Below are positions 1 to 9,659 of a DNA stretch of 64,000 bases, piece after piece. This stretch comes from a phage: the sequence record PZ338878.1. The stretch is one strand, 5' to 3'. Position 1 is the stretch's first letter. The number at the start of each line of letters is the position of its first letter. The position numbers were made by a program, and so were the translations under genes. The notes beneath the pieces were generated by a model. It worked only from the letters and a program-made list of their open reading frames with translations, had not been told where the DNA came from and did not search any database.

Positions 1-1692
1 GAAGAAACTACCTGCTGCACCAGTCTCTGAGAACTCACGGTTCTTTAGAATGTAGCAATATGTGCGGTTACGTTCCATAGGATCTTCAGCTTGTTTATCA
101 CGCTCCAGCGCAATTGTGATACCAGCACCTTTAGCAAGGAAGCTACTACCCATTGCATCATCTTCTACAATATGTTCATTACTATTGTTAGAAGACTTTT
201 TAACGTGTGAAATTACAACAATGGTAATTGCGTACTCTTTCATAATGCGTTTGAGCCACGTCGCAAGTTCCTCTTGTTGTGACACGTCCATACCAGAAAG
301 CAAGTCAGAATAAGGGTCGATAACAAGAATGGTTACTCCGAAATAAATAATCATTTCCAGAACCTTCTCTTTAATCACATCTACGTTAGCTCCACGATCA
401 TCACAAACATAGAAACGTGGTGTTCCATCTTCTCGTTCGTAAAAATCACGAATCTTTTCTTCATTATCTTTTAAAATCTTTTCCTTCTCTTCTTTTGTTT
501 TACGGTGAAGAGGGATGTGCAAGAATGAAGACAGTAAGTTACGAGAATACTTCTTATACGTTGCCTCCAAAGATAAAATACCAAGAGTATGTTCTGGGTG
601 TGCAAGAATAATGTGCTTTGTAATCTCGTTAACCAACAGTGTTTTACCGATACTTGTTTTTGCAAGTATAACAGTAATTTCTTCTTCTACCAAGCCTCCA
701 CCTAACATATTAGAAGCAACACGCATGAATGGAGGAAGGGTGATCATTTTAGCTTCCAGGCATTCCAAGGCTGCTTCATACAGTACGTTAGAAGCATAAA
801 CACCAGCAGGTGTGTACAGTTTAGCTTTGAAAAAGCGATCAAGAAAGTGATCAATTTTTCCTTCTACTAGTGCCTGGTTAGGATCTTTAACATCCGTTAG
901 TTCCATCACGTAAACTTTATTACGTGGTAAGATTTTAACACATTTCTCAACTGCTGCACGTCCAGCTTCATCATTATCCATACACAGAACAATCTTTTTA
1001 AATTGATCTAAGAATTTATAACGATGTTGAAGCTGCTTATGCAGAGATGTTTCGCCACAAGTACCAGATACTACAGCAGGAACAGGGTATTTACCGCCCT
1101 TGTTATAGTCTTTTAGCATCTGTGTTGCAGCCAGCATATCGTGTTCACCACCAACGATTAGAATAGTACCGCTGTGGTTACGATATTTAAACTCACCAAA
1201 AAGATCACAATCCTTTCCTGTTTCACCAATAGGATGCGAAAAATCTTTTGGATCGATACGTTGTTTATACCCAGCAATATTGTAATCTTTAGTTGTAGGG
1301 TATAATGTTGAAATTACTTCGCCAGTAGCTTCATCGTACATATAGCGTACACCGAAAGGTTTAGAGATATCTTCACGAATACCGCGATAACCTTTTGGAT
1401 TAGTTCCAGTGCTGGCTTTTAGTTTATCATGTACTTCTGGATTAAACTCACTACCCAAGATATCCTCCTCTTCAATTTCTTCGCCGTGTGCATTTAACCA
1501 TTTTTGATCAGGGATAGTAAAGCCACAAGAAAAACAATGTGCGCCTCGATGGTCTTCATCGGCATCTAAGCCATATACCATCAAATTGTTTTGTGATCGA
1601 TCACGCCCTCCTTTCATACAACGAGGACACCCAGTATGTCCTTCTTGACTTAGATCAATGTTATACCCATATTTATTTACAACATAAGACAC
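1..1692 (-). CDS. Bifunctional DNA primase-helicase (T7 gp4-like), C-terminus beyond window edge
   Basis: Minus-strand frame open from GTG at 1692 (GGAG 6 nt upstream, in-frame stop just upstream) to position 1; N-terminal zinc ribbon GCPRC...CFSC, TOPRIM motif IVLCMDNDEAG (about 970-1000), Walker A GGGLVEEEITVILAKTSIGKT (about 640-700). Absent from ORF track because there is no stop inside the window. Confidence 0.75.
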   Translation of the reverse strand, partial: MSYVVNKYGYNIDLSQEGHTGCPRCMKGGRDRSQNNLMVYGLDADEDHRGAHCFSCGFTIPDQKWLNAHGEEIEEEDILGSEFNPEVHDKLKASTGTNPKGYRGIREDISKPFGVRYMYDEATGEVISTLYPTTKDYNIAGYKQRIDPKDFSHPIGETGKDCDLFGEFKYRNHSGTILIVGGEHDMLAATQMLKDYNKGGKYPVPAVVSGTCGETSLHKQLQHRYKFLDQFKKIVLCMDNDEAGRAAVEKCVKILPRNKVYVMELTDVKDPNQALVEGKIDHFLDRFFKAKLYTPAGVYASNVLYEAALECLEAKMITLPPFMRVASNMLGGGLVEEEITVILAKTSIGKTLLVNEITKHIILAHPEHTLGILSLEATYKKYSRNLLSSFLHIPLHRKTKEEKEKILKDNEEKIRDFYEREDGTPRFYVCDDRGANVDVIKEKVLEMIIYFGVTILVIDPYSDLLSGMDVSQQEELATWLKRIMKEYAITIVVISHVKKSSNNSNEHIVEDDAMGSSFLAKGAGITIALERDKQAEDPMERNRTYCYILKNREFSETGAAGSFF

Positions 1693-1704
1693 ATGATTCT
1701 CCTA

Positions 1705-1974
1705 CTAAAATGATTCGTTTGTCTCCATAATATATTGCATTTCCAAATCTTCCATATGTTTCTTAAATTGGTAAACAATTTCCGATGGGGAAATATCTAT
1801 ATCAAAAAGTTCTTTTGTACCAGAATAGAACCTAATACCATCAACAATAAGGCCACCATAATAATCCCAATCACTTTCTCGTGAGAAAGGATTAGGTTCT
1901 TCATAATAGTAATCTACTTCAACAATAATAGGTTCTTTATTATCTTGTTTATACTCAAAATCAAAAGTGTTCAT
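1705..1974 (-). CDS. hypothetical protein (89 aa, acidic)
   Basis: ORF track; tightly packed between neighbours; no recognisable motif. Confidence 0.45.
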   Translation of the reverse strand: MNTFDFEYKQDNKEPIIVEVDYYYEEPNPFSRESDWDYYGGLIVDGIRFYSGTKELFDIDISPSEIVYQFKKHMEDLEMQYIMETNESF

Positions 1975-2918
1975 TATAAATCCTCGATAAGCAGTCTGCG
2001 GGTTTCATTTAAATCATCAATATTGTAGTTATCTCTTACATACTTAGCAAGAGCCAATCCTTTCTCAATACAAACATCAGGAGATTCGATTAAGTATTCT
2101 ACAATATCTTTCCACTCTTTAACTGAATCAGCAAAGAAGATTAGATCTTTAAATTCTTCAGTATAGTAGTTCTCTCGTGGAGAACAAACGAGTGGCAAAC
2201 CTTTAGCACCAGCCTCAAGAATTTTTAAATTACTTTTGGCATTATTAAAATGATTATTTACTAACGGAGCTATGGAGATTTGATGACCATCGTATGCTTC
2301 CATATAACACTCATAAGGACGAATACCTTCATAAACACAATCTGGTTGAATATCTTCTTTAATTTGCAACCATTGAGCACTACTTAACTCTTCGTGATCT
2401 CTACGAAATCCACATAAAGTTAAATCTTTACCAAAAGTAGGAAGAATTGCTAAATCATGTTTATGGGTTTCACTTCCAGCCCAAACCAGTGGGCTTTTAG
2501 AATAACGATCTTTAGTAAGAACAAACTGTCCTTCATCAAAAGGTAGTCCGTTAGGCACAATATGTACATTATCATTGTATTGGCTTAATTCAACCTTTAA
2601 TGCTGGAGTTGTTGTAGTTACAAGATCGCTTCTTTCAAGGAACCATTTTAGGTCATCTCGGATTTGATTTTCAAATAATCCTTCCAGCATATGCCCTTCA
2701 GGAATAATTAAAGAATCATCCAAATCCATTACCAATTTAAACCCAAGCTGTTTAAGAGCCAGGAAACCTGGCTTTCCACGAGTTGGTACTCCATTGAATA
2801 CAAAAATATTATGCTTAGGATTAATAGTCAGTTTGCGTTTATATGGCAAAATGATTCTATGAAAGTCACATACACTATACCTTTCATGTCCACGTGTGTC
2901 AAGAATAATATTAGGCAT
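1974..2918 (-). CDS. glycosyltransferase, GT-B fold
   Basis: 314 aa; C-terminal NNAKSNLKILEAGAKGLPLVCS resembles the GT-B donor-binding loop (LEAMAxGxPVV; T4 alpha-glucosyltransferase LELGACGTIPVF); paralog of next gene. Confidence 0.5.
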   Translation of the reverse strand: MPNIILDTRGHERYSVCDFHRIILPYKRKLTINPKHNIFVFNGVPTRGKPGFLALKQLGFKLVMDLDDSLIIPEGHMLEGLFENQIRDDLKWFLERSDLVTTTTPALKVELSQYNDNVHIVPNGLPFDEGQFVLTKDRYSKSPLVWAGSETHKHDLAILPTFGKDLTLCGFRRDHEELSSAQWLQIKEDIQPDCVYEGIRPYECYMEAYDGHQISIAPLVNNHFNNAKSNLKILEAGAKGLPLVCSPRENYYTEEFKDLIFFADSVKEWKDIVEYLIESPDVCIEKGLALAKYVRDNYNIDDLNETRRLLIEDL

Positions 2919-2929
2919 ATGGCTCCTTG

Positions 2930-3904
2930 TTAAAGACTTTCAATAACTTGACGACGCAGTTCATTGGCATCTGCAAGATTATAATTAAGACGAACGTGCT
3001 CTGCAAGCATCATACCACGATCTTCTGTGTATCTAGGGTTCCTCATTAGCTTGACAACTTCATAATGCCAAGATGCTTTAGAGTCTGCATAAATAACAGC
3101 CTTTGCATCTACCGGATTGAAGTACGGCAGCACAGGAGAACAGATAATAGGAAGACCCTTTGCACCTGCTTCCAAAATCTTCAAATTGCTTTTACAGTTG
3201 TTGAAGTCATTATCTACCAGAGGAGCAATTGCAATACTGTGACCGTCATACACAGACATATACTCACCTAAATTTTTAATAGCTGGTTTATACTGTGCAT
3301 TTGGAATTTTACGTTTTACTTTAACCCACTCCGCAGTAGTTAGATACTGACTATTATTTCCAACAGGTGCAGAAGGATACACTTCATACCCTGCAATTGT
3401 CAATAGTGTATCATCAAATGTATTAGCTACAAGAGATAAATCAGGTTCATGGCTTGCTCCTCCAGCCCAAATAATAGGCGTGTCAGAATAACGGTCTTTT
3501 GTCAAAGTAAATTGACCTTCATCGTAAGGTAGTGCGTTTCTAATAACGACAACATTACGATTTAAATGACGAATTTTGTAAGCCAGATATTCTGTTGTTA
3601 CAGTAACAACATCTGCTAACTTAATCATCTCTACAATAGTCTTTGAGTGATTAGTAAACACGCCAGCCATATAATGTTCAGGATTAAGTGAATAAAAGTC
3701 ATCTAAATCAACAATAATCTTAACACCTTGTGCCTTCAGGCGTTTAACTTCGTCTGATCCACGAGAATACACTCTATTAAAAACTAAAACGTCTTTCTTA
3801 GGCTTAAACGTATTTCCCGCAAATGGCATTACAATACGATGGTAATCACAACCACTGCCTAACTTATTATCACACTTAAGTACAGGAGTATTAGGATTTA
3901 CCAT
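2930..3904 (-). CDS. glycosyltransferase, GT-B fold (paralog of 1974..2918)
   Basis: ORF track 2930..3943 trimmed in frame to ATG at 3904 (GAGGAGG upstream; N-terminus then aligns with the paralog: NTPVLKCDNKLGSGCDYHRIVMPF vs PNIILDTRGHERYSVCDFHRIILPY); shared C-terminal NNCKSNLKILEAGAKGLPIICS. Confidence 0.5.
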   Translation of the reverse strand: MVNPNTPVLKCDNKLGSGCDYHRIVMPFAGNTFKPKKDVLVFNRVYSRGSDEVKRLKAQGVKIIVDLDDFYSLNPEHYMAGVFTNHSKTIVEMIKLADVVTVTTEYLAYKIRHLNRNVVVIRNALPYDEGQFTLTKDRYSDTPIIWAGGASHEPDLSLVANTFDDTLLTIAGYEVYPSAPVGNNSQYLTTAEWVKVKRKIPNAQYKPAIKNLGEYMSVYDGHSIAIAPLVDNDFNNCKSNLKILEAGAKGLPIICSPVLPYFNPVDAKAVIYADSKASWHYEVVKLMRNPRYTEDRGMMLAEHVRLNYNLADANELRRQVIESL

Positions 3905-4577
3905 ATTTTTGAGCCTCCTCATAAGAGATAAAAGTTTTACCATTGCGAAGATCCTCCAGTGATTGTTTATATTGTTCCCAGTTTACACCAATCCCCTGTT
4001 CTTTCTCTTCTTTTGACAGATTCGCAAAAGGTAAAGGGTTGTCTCCAAACACATCATCAGGATGGATAAACGCCATAATTCGAATAGGACATGGTACGCC
4101 CTGAATACCTCGGTTCAAACCTGCCAGTGGAACGCGCTGAATCCACTCTGCATCTTCATATCCATAACCGTGGGTGTATGAGCGGAAATAGCCAGCTTTC
4201 TCAATAACTGCACGGGAATACATACCAAACTGGCACATACCTAGTTCCCAAATAACCACTTCACCTTCAATACCTTTTACTTTATCTTTAAAGTATTCAG
4301 GCATACCAAAGAAATCCCAGCCATTTTCCTTAGCCTGTTTTACAAAATATGTTTCCCAACCTGGCACAACCGGATAGCAATCATCATCAAAAATAAACCA
4401 GTAATCATACCCTTCATCATAAAACTTTTTCATCAGTTCATTACGGGCATATGCAACACCTTTTCGTTCCCGATCATACTGTACAACAAAAGTAGCATTA
4501 GGATCAGTCACAAGATAATCTTTAAGAGGACGCTTACCTACAGTAATAACACCAACACCAATTTTTGTATTTTCCAA
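3891..4577 (-). CDS. glycosyltransferase family 2-like (GT-A, DxD)
   Basis: 228 aa; GVAYARNELMKK followed by YWFIFDDDCYP matches the GT2 ARN plus DxD signature. Confidence 0.5.
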   Translation of the reverse strand: MENTKIGVGVITVGKRPLKDYLVTDPNATFVVQYDRERKGVAYARNELMKKFYDEGYDYWFIFDDDCYPVVPGWETYFVKQAKENGWDFFGMPEYFKDKVKGIEGEVVIWELGMCQFGMYSRAVIEKAGYFRSYTHGYGYEDAEWIQRVPLAGLNRGIQGVPCPIRIMAFIHPDDVFGDNPLPFANLSKEEKEQGIGVNWEQYKQSLEDLRNGKTFISYEEAQKYGKS

Positions 4578-4586
4578 AATAACTCC

Positions 4587-5150
4587 TTAAATAATTTTAT
4601 TCATGTCTTGACAATGTAAAAGGTGTGAAACAGCTTTTCTAGGATCATCGTTACCTAAACGGTATGTGTGAAATAAATATAACCCACGTAGTAAACCTAG
4701 CCTTTTATTGTTAGCGTGTAATGCTTTAGAGAAAATTATATCAAACTGTATTGATCTTTCCTCAAAAGGGATTTCATTCCACAGACTCTTACGAAAGAGA
4801 AGAAAGAATCCTGCTAAGATAGCATCTGTAGGTACTTCCTCTATTGAGTTTCCCCATTCTAGATGTGCTCTTTTTGCAATCTCAATGTGGTGTAATATAT
4901 TTGGATCTTCACTTCTTTCATTATTAAATAATTGATATGTTGATCCCAATCTATTACAAGATGCACCAAGAACATCAAAATCAGGATTTGAACGGACTAT
5001 TGATTCCAACCAAGCAGGTTGTTCTGGAAGAAGAAACATTGTATCAATGTCTCTTAGGCAAATCCAACTATCTTCTGGTAAGACACTTATTGTGTCATTG
5101 ATACCTTTTCCAATATCTCCAGAAAGATAGGGAGTTATGTGAAATATCAT
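4587..5150 (-). CDS. hypothetical protein, possibly nucleotide-sugar transferase-like
   Basis: 187 aa; SWICLRDIDTMF is a weak DxD-like stretch; call is tentative. Confidence 0.25.
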   Translation of the reverse strand: MIFHITPYLSGDIGKGINDTISVLPEDSWICLRDIDTMFLLPEQPAWLESIVRSNPDFDVLGASCNRLGSTYQLFNNERSEDPNILHHIEIAKRAHLEWGNSIEEVPTDAILAGFFLLFRKSLWNEIPFEERSIQFDIIFSKALHANNKRLGLLRGLYLFHTYRLGNDDPRKAVSHLLHCQDMNKII

Positions 5151-5207
5151 ACTCCCTCCGTATTATTACTTTAGCATTTTTAGACTAAAAAGTCCAAATG
5201 GTTTTAC

Positions 5208-5402
5208 CTATTGATTACGTTTTGCGAGTTCCATCTGGATAGCTAAACTGTGATCTCGTGCTTCCATATACTCTTTATATGTTTCATTAAGATGATCACG
5301 ACAAACATCACGCAGTTTAATCAGTTTATCTGTAGGGATACCACTAAGATCATCCCAAGACTTTACAACTTCACCAGTATCATTGATCCCAATGGTTTTC
5401 AT
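5208..5402 (-). CDS. hypothetical protein (64 aa)
   Basis: ORF track; no motif. Confidence 0.4.
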   Translation of the reverse strand: MKTIGINDTGEVVKSWDDLSGIPTDKLIKLRDVCRDHLNETYKEYMEARDHSLAIQMELAKRNQ

Positions 5403-5610
5403 CTACAACCTCCTTAATTGCTACAGCACAGTTTTTGCAGATACACTGCCCTTTACCTTTAGAAATCTGGATGTAAGGTTCATTTTCATTTTCGCCCTTA
5501 CGTGAGTCATATATTACAGAATTGAAGCACACAACGCAAATATTTTTTAAGATTGTATACTTATCAACTTTCTTTTTTGTTTTAAAGTTAACTTCAATAA
5601 CATCAGCCAT
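5380..5610 (-). CDS. hypothetical zinc-ribbon protein (76 aa)
   Basis: Two Cys pairs (CVVCF...CICKNC); track ORF 5380..5658 trimmed in frame to ATG at 5610 (MADVIEV), which abuts the upstream stop. Confidence 0.4.
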   Translation of the reverse strand: MADVIEVNFKTKKKVDKYTILKNICVVCFNSVIYDSRKGENENEPYIQISKGKGQCICKNCAVAIKEVVDENHWDQ

Positions 5611-5888
5611 CAGTGTAACACTCCCAGTATGTTGTTTTGTGACATAACCATAGAACATTCAACATTATCGTGACTACGTGAAAAACGTTCCCAAACATCT
5701 TCATCGACTCGTAAAGCTATACAAGGATAGACGTTATCATTGATCATTTCAATTGAATAAACATCCACATTGTCTTCGTCTTCGATGAACATCATTGCAA
5801 ACTGTTCTAAATGTTTCCTAATGTAATGTACATCCTCTTCTGTAAGACCAATAACAAGATAACTTGCAACGATAACGCCATCTTTCAT
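5610..5888 (-). CDS. hypothetical protein (92 aa)
   Basis: ORF track; no motif. Confidence 0.4.
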   Translation of the reverse strand: MKDGVIVASYLVIGLTEEDVHYIRKHLEQFAMMFIEDEDNVDVYSIEMINDNVYPCIALRVDEDVWERFSRSHDNVECSMVMSQNNILGVLH

Positions 5889-5898
5889 CTATATCTCC

Positions 5899-6408
5899 TT
5901 AGCGATAGAATTGATGTTCTTTGTAGCGGTACACTAGAACCATATCTTTTTCCCAGTGTGCTCTTATTGTAGATTTTTTAAAGTATAATGCTCCTTTTGT
6001 AATATCTAATGCAATTCGTAATTCTGGAAAATGGTTATCGAGATAAAGTAGACGTTCTGCTATAGCTTTAGCGTCTTTCCACTTATCGTGTTCCATAACG
6101 TTGAATGTCTTCGTGTAAGAGAATTGTCCTTTTTGAAACAAAACTTCTTTTATAGTATCAGGGAAATATGAATCTCTCGCCCTATTCAATACTACATTAC
6201 CAACAGCAGACATACCGCGCTTTCCTTGATTACGACTTTCTGCATAGATTGCACAAGCTAATAGATTTTCTTTACTATCACGCTTTGTACACTTGTGAAC
6301 TACTTTAGCAGTTTTTACGTTTGCAGCTTCGGCTTGCGCCACAACAGGTGTAAATGTAAAAGCAGTTAAGGATAGTAACGCAATTGCGACAAAGGTTTTT
6401 ATTGACAA
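5899..6408 (-). CDS. secreted cell-wall hydrolase, SleB/CwlJ-like; candidate endolysin
   Basis: 169 aa; signal-peptide-like N-terminus MSIKTFVAIALLSLTAFTFTPVVAQA; LACAIYAESRNQGKRGMSAVGNVVLNRA matches the SleB-type hydrolase motif. Confidence 0.55.
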   Translation of the reverse strand: MSIKTFVAIALLSLTAFTFTPVVAQAEAANVKTAKVVHKCTKRDSKENLLACAIYAESRNQGKRGMSAVGNVVLNRARDSYFPDTIKEVLFQKGQFSYTKTFNVMEHDKWKDAKAIAERLLYLDNHFPELRIALDITKGALYFKKSTIRAHWEKDMVLVYRYKEHQFYR

Positions 6409-6500
6409 ACTTGCCTCCTATTTTGTTAAACGAACTTTTATTGTAACACAGAAGAGGCTATTTTGCAAGTGGAGGGGGATAATCCCCCTCTTACACTCTG

Positions 6501-7103
6501 TTAGATATTGTAAACCTTTGTATGAGTTACTACACCATCTTCTACAAAATCAATACGTTCTTGATCCGTAACTAGTGCAGACAACACTTTAAATTTAATT
6601 TTTACACGTTCAAAAGCTGGTTGACCATCTTTAAGATAATTATGTTCAGTTGTCACTGTCTTGTTTACAAAATCAACTTTTGCTTTACCGTTCTCGCGTA
6701 AGTGGAATGTTTTTCCTGCTTTATACACAATTTCAACATTACCTTCGAGAGTAATTCCTTCAAAAAGTTCACCCTCTTCTTCATTTTCTTCACTTTTGAA
6801 CAGACGACGAAACTCTTCCATATCAAGATAAACAACATCTTCAGAATAACTATCAGTAAGATATGTCTTACCCTCCATTAACCCGAAATATTGCCAGATT
6901 GCCGAATAAACATCACTAGATGATCCAAGGGTTTCTCTGAGTTTAGTTCCACGGATTACTTCATAAACTTCAAAATTGAAACCAGACTGCAAAGCATCAA
7001 ACAGCACATCACTAACTTCTAAAGCATAATCTTCATTGTTGTCAATATCTACAAGAAAATTGCCGCTACGAATAAGTTTTTGACCTTCTAAAGTAATACT
7101 CAT
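6501..7103 (-). CDS. hypothetical protein (200 aa, acidic)
   Basis: ORF track; SD AAGAGGAG upstream; no motif. Confidence 0.45.
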   Translation of the reverse strand: MSITLEGQKLIRSGNFLVDIDNNEDYALEVSDVLFDALQSGFNFEVYEVIRGTKLRETLGSSSDVYSAIWQYFGLMEGKTYLTDSYSEDVVYLDMEEFRRLFKSEENEEEGELFEGITLEGNVEIVYKAGKTFHLRENGKAKVDFVNKTVTTEHNYLKDGQPAFERVKIKFKVLSALVTDQERIDFVEDGVVTHTKVYNI

Positions 7104-7120
7104 TGTTTTCTCCTCTTTTA

Positions 7121-7146
7121 TTTCAAATATGCGCCCCGAAGGGCGC
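7121..7146 (-). terminator. putative intrinsic terminator or attenuator after TerD gene
   Basis: GC hairpin gcgccc-cgaa-gggcgc followed on the minus strand by a U-rich stretch, then the SD of the next gene. Confidence 0.35.
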
Positions 7147-7167
7147 TATGATTTATTACTTGATGTA

Positions 7168-7764
7168 TTACTCGAACCAATCGTCGCCAGCGCCAAACGC
7201 TTTAACTACATCGTAAATGTCAAGCCCAGCTTTACCTACACCATATGCTTTCAGTTTCCATTCGCTATCTTCTCGCACCAGGGAGGCAACGTGGCAAATG
7301 GTGTTACCTGCAAGTTCTGGAGCCAAGAAGTCAAAGTCCAGCAGTTCAACATTACGTTCATCATCGAAGATTTTAAGGAAACCTTCGGTAGCGTGACCAA
7401 GGCGTTTCTTACCCGTTTCGTCATCAATAGTAATTACGAATGCAATTTCCTGTGCTTCAGCAGAGATATTATCCAGTGTAACATCAATCTGCTCCATCTG
7501 TCCTACACCATCACGAACATCTTCACCTGCAAAAGTAGAACGTTCAGGATCAAATTTCTGTGCGTAGCACACCAGGTGACGAGGAGACAACAGTTCCGGC
7601 AGACCAGATGCATTGTGTCGGCAAATCAGAGCACTAACATCCAGATCCAGTTTTTCGTTAGATTTCCAAGAGAATTCCAGACGAATGCGTTTCAGTGCTG
7701 GTGCGATCTTTTTCAGAGAAACTTTTTCGCTAGAACCTTTTTTCAGGGAAATTTTCTGAGTCAT
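7168..7764 (-). CDS. TerD-family protein
   Basis: 198 aa; DLDVSALICR, GEDVRDGVGQMEQIDVTL, ITIDDETGKK, LVREDSEWKLKAYGVG are canonical TerD-domain motifs; SD AAGGAG. Confidence 0.8.
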   Translation of the reverse strand: MTQKISLKKGSSEKVSLKKIAPALKRIRLEFSWKSNEKLDLDVSALICRHNASGLPELLSPRHLVCYAQKFDPERSTFAGEDVRDGVGQMEQIDVTLDNISAEAQEIAFVITIDDETGKKRLGHATEGFLKIFDDERNVELLDFDFLAPELAGNTICHVASLVREDSEWKLKAYGVGKAGLDIYDVVKAFGAGDDWFE

Positions 7765-7837
7765 AATTTATTATCTCCTTTGTTGTTAATTTACGTTGTC
7801 TATTTTACTAATCTTTTCTACAAAGTCAAGCGTTTTT

Positions 7838-8632
7838 TTACGCTTTTGCTCCGAATTTTTTAACCCACTCACCAAACTCTTCAGATAACAATTTATCGTA
7901 AAGTTCTTCATCAGACAAGGACAAATCTGCAATACCGATAAAATCAACATTATCGTACTCTTTTGCCAAGTCTTTCAGGAATTTAAAGTTTGCATTACCT
8001 ACACCAACCATAAACCAGTAAACAGGCGTATTGCGGTGTTTGTTCAGTAAGCTACGTACTGCTGAAGTATCCATGTTTTCCCCGTCAGTTTGGAAGAAAA
8101 TCATTGCAGGAGTACGATCAACTTGTGCATCAGTATCTACAACCTGTTCTACAACAGTACGTGTTACTTCTACAAGTTCTTTTTTACCAGTTAGTTTAGC
8201 AAGGAAACCCTTAGCTGGGACTTCTTCATACTCAACGACTTCGCGTGTAATATTTTTCATAGGTACACTACCGAAGTATGTATCATAGATCTCCTGCATT
8301 ACTGGAGCATAAGCAGTACCACCATTGATGCAAACATTAGACATGCAAGAGCCGACATAATCATCATACACATCAGCCGTTGCAGGAGGCAGTTCAAAAG
8401 AAGAACTATTGAAAGCCCACATGTCAATCTGTGCATTGTCATCAAACTTCATACCAAACGGCAGCAGTTTACCTACAAAATCACTAACAGTGCCATCACG
8501 ATACAGCTCACACATACTACCCGAAATATCTAAGGCGCTACCGACACGAAGAACAACATCGTTAATCTTTTTCTTACGCAGAGATACAGTAAGAGTTTCT
8601 TGACGTTTTTTAAGACTGATTTTATTGGACAT
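7838..8632 (-). CDS. von Willebrand factor A (vWA) domain protein, TerY/TerF-like
   Basis: 264 aa; MIDAS motif DISGSM, then GGT, FFQTDGE, MVGVG; N-terminus ISLKKRQETLTVSLRKK echoes the TerD N-terminus ISLKKGSSEKVSLKK. Confidence 0.6.
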   Translation of the reverse strand: MSNKISLKKRQETLTVSLRKKKINDVVLRVGSALDISGSMCELYRDGTVSDFVGKLLPFGMKFDDNAQIDMWAFNSSSFELPPATADVYDDYVGSCMSNVCINGGTAYAPVMQEIYDTYFGSVPMKNITREVVEYEEVPAKGFLAKLTGKKELVEVTRTVVEQVVDTDAQVDRTPAMIFFQTDGENMDTSAVRSLLNKHRNTPVYWFMVGVGNANFKFLKDLAKEYDNVDFIGIADLSLSDEELYDKLLSEEFGEWVKKFGAKA

Positions 8633-8633
8633 A

Positions 8634-8903
8634 TTATTTCTCCTTTCTGAGTGTAATGTTAGTAACTTCTAAATCCACTTCTACCATTTCTGTATCATAT
8701 GAAATACAGCTAAGTTGACCTCTTTGTGAACCGTTCAGACACATTGCTTGGTTTGTATTAACTTTAATAAACACTAAGTTTCTGAACGTATCTAAACCAG
8801 AATCTTGATACGCAACATAATATACGAATGTATCACCTGCGTCAAGTTCTCCAAAACATTTAGGTTCATCTGATTTATCGTCTTTGATATTAAATTTAAG
8901 CAC
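8634..8903 (-). CDS. hypothetical protein (89 aa)
   Basis: ORF track; no motif. Confidence 0.4.
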   Translation of the reverse strand: MLKFNIKDDKSDEPKCFGELDAGDTFVYYVAYQDSGLDTFRNLVFIKVNTNQAMCLNGSQRGQLSCISYDTEMVEVDLEVTNITLRKEK

Positions 8904-9459
8904 TGTCTTCTCCTTTACCTGCCCTCCAGCCTAAATAGAAAGCCTCTCTGGTGATCTTTTGCAACTCGTTTAAAGAGATAGTTACAACTAAATTATCTTC
9001 AATTTCTAGCTTTGAGTCTTCTTCTGTCTCAATGCAAGTATTATGCACTTTGTGGTAAGGATTGTCAACACGTTTAAATTTATTATTTTCAGTGCTGAAG
9101 AAGCAATCTGGATCTTCTTCTCCATCACCCCAACCCTGGTTAGGGTCTTCTTCAGATCTTTCTGTTGGGATCTCACCTGTAAAGTGCTCTTCTAATACCA
9201 TAGCGATACCATCTCCAAGATCGGAAGAGAACATCAAATTACAAACTTCTTCCCAAGGCATAGACCACTTAAATCTTTTACGATTACCATGTTTATCTTC
9301 TTCGTTAGAGAAAACACTACCATAGCTATCATAATTGCCATACATCTCTTCAACAACTTTACCACCTTTCAAAAGAAATAGGTAGCAAGGAGAACCATCG
9401 AAAGAGGTAGAAAGAGCAGCATTGCCAGACTCTTTGCACAAGAAACTAAAACACCCCAT
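8896..9459 (-). CDS. hypothetical protein (187 aa, acidic)
   Basis: ORF track; no motif. Confidence 0.4.
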   Translation of the reverse strand: MGCFSFLCKESGNAALSTSFDGSPCYLFLLKGGKVVEEMYGNYDSYGSVFSNEEDKHGNRKRFKWSMPWEEVCNLMFSSDLGDGIAMVLEEHFTGEIPTERSEEDPNQGWGDGEEDPDCFFSTENNKFKRVDNPYHKVHNTCIETEEDSKLEIEDNLVVTISLNELQKITREAFYLGWRAGKGEDSA

Positions 9460-9659
9460 TATACACCAGCCTTAAGATCAATTAAAGCCAAAGTTGTTTC
9501 AGAATGTGTTTGCTCGTCTACAGGTGCAGTCATATGATAATACAAAAAGTCTTCGGCATCATACCAATCTGATTCTTGACCTTGTTTCCAACCATCAATG
9601 AAAGCATCCTCCATAATGGTTTGTAATTCTTCACGAGTTAAGTGAATATCTTTATTCAT
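9459..9659 (-). CDS. hypothetical protein (66 aa)
   Basis: ORF track; no motif. Confidence 0.35.
   Translation of the reverse strand: MNKDIHLTREELQTIMEDAFIDGWKQGQESDWYDAEDFLYYHMTAPVDEQTHSETTLALIDLKAGV

Noticed and set aside
1-1692. Alternative that the primase and helicase are separate genes
   Set aside because: A single minus-strand frame stays open (checked codon by codon) from the zinc-ribbon region through the TOPRIM and Walker A motifs to the window edge, so a fused T7 gp4-type protein is the simplest reading.
5899-6408. Looked for a canonical holin/endolysin/spanin lysis cassette around the SleB-like gene
   Set aside because: Neighbouring ORFs show no holin-like dual-TM small protein immediately adjacent; the lysis cassette, if present, is probably outside this window.
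7129-7863. Plus-strand 244-aa ORF in the ORF track
   Set aside because: Entirely antisense to the well-supported TerD gene; low-complexity translation, no SD; treated as a frame artefact. The same reasoning applies to other antisense track ORFs such as 62-313, 515-799, 13064-13423, 24866-25216, 34925-35374 and 38815-39231.
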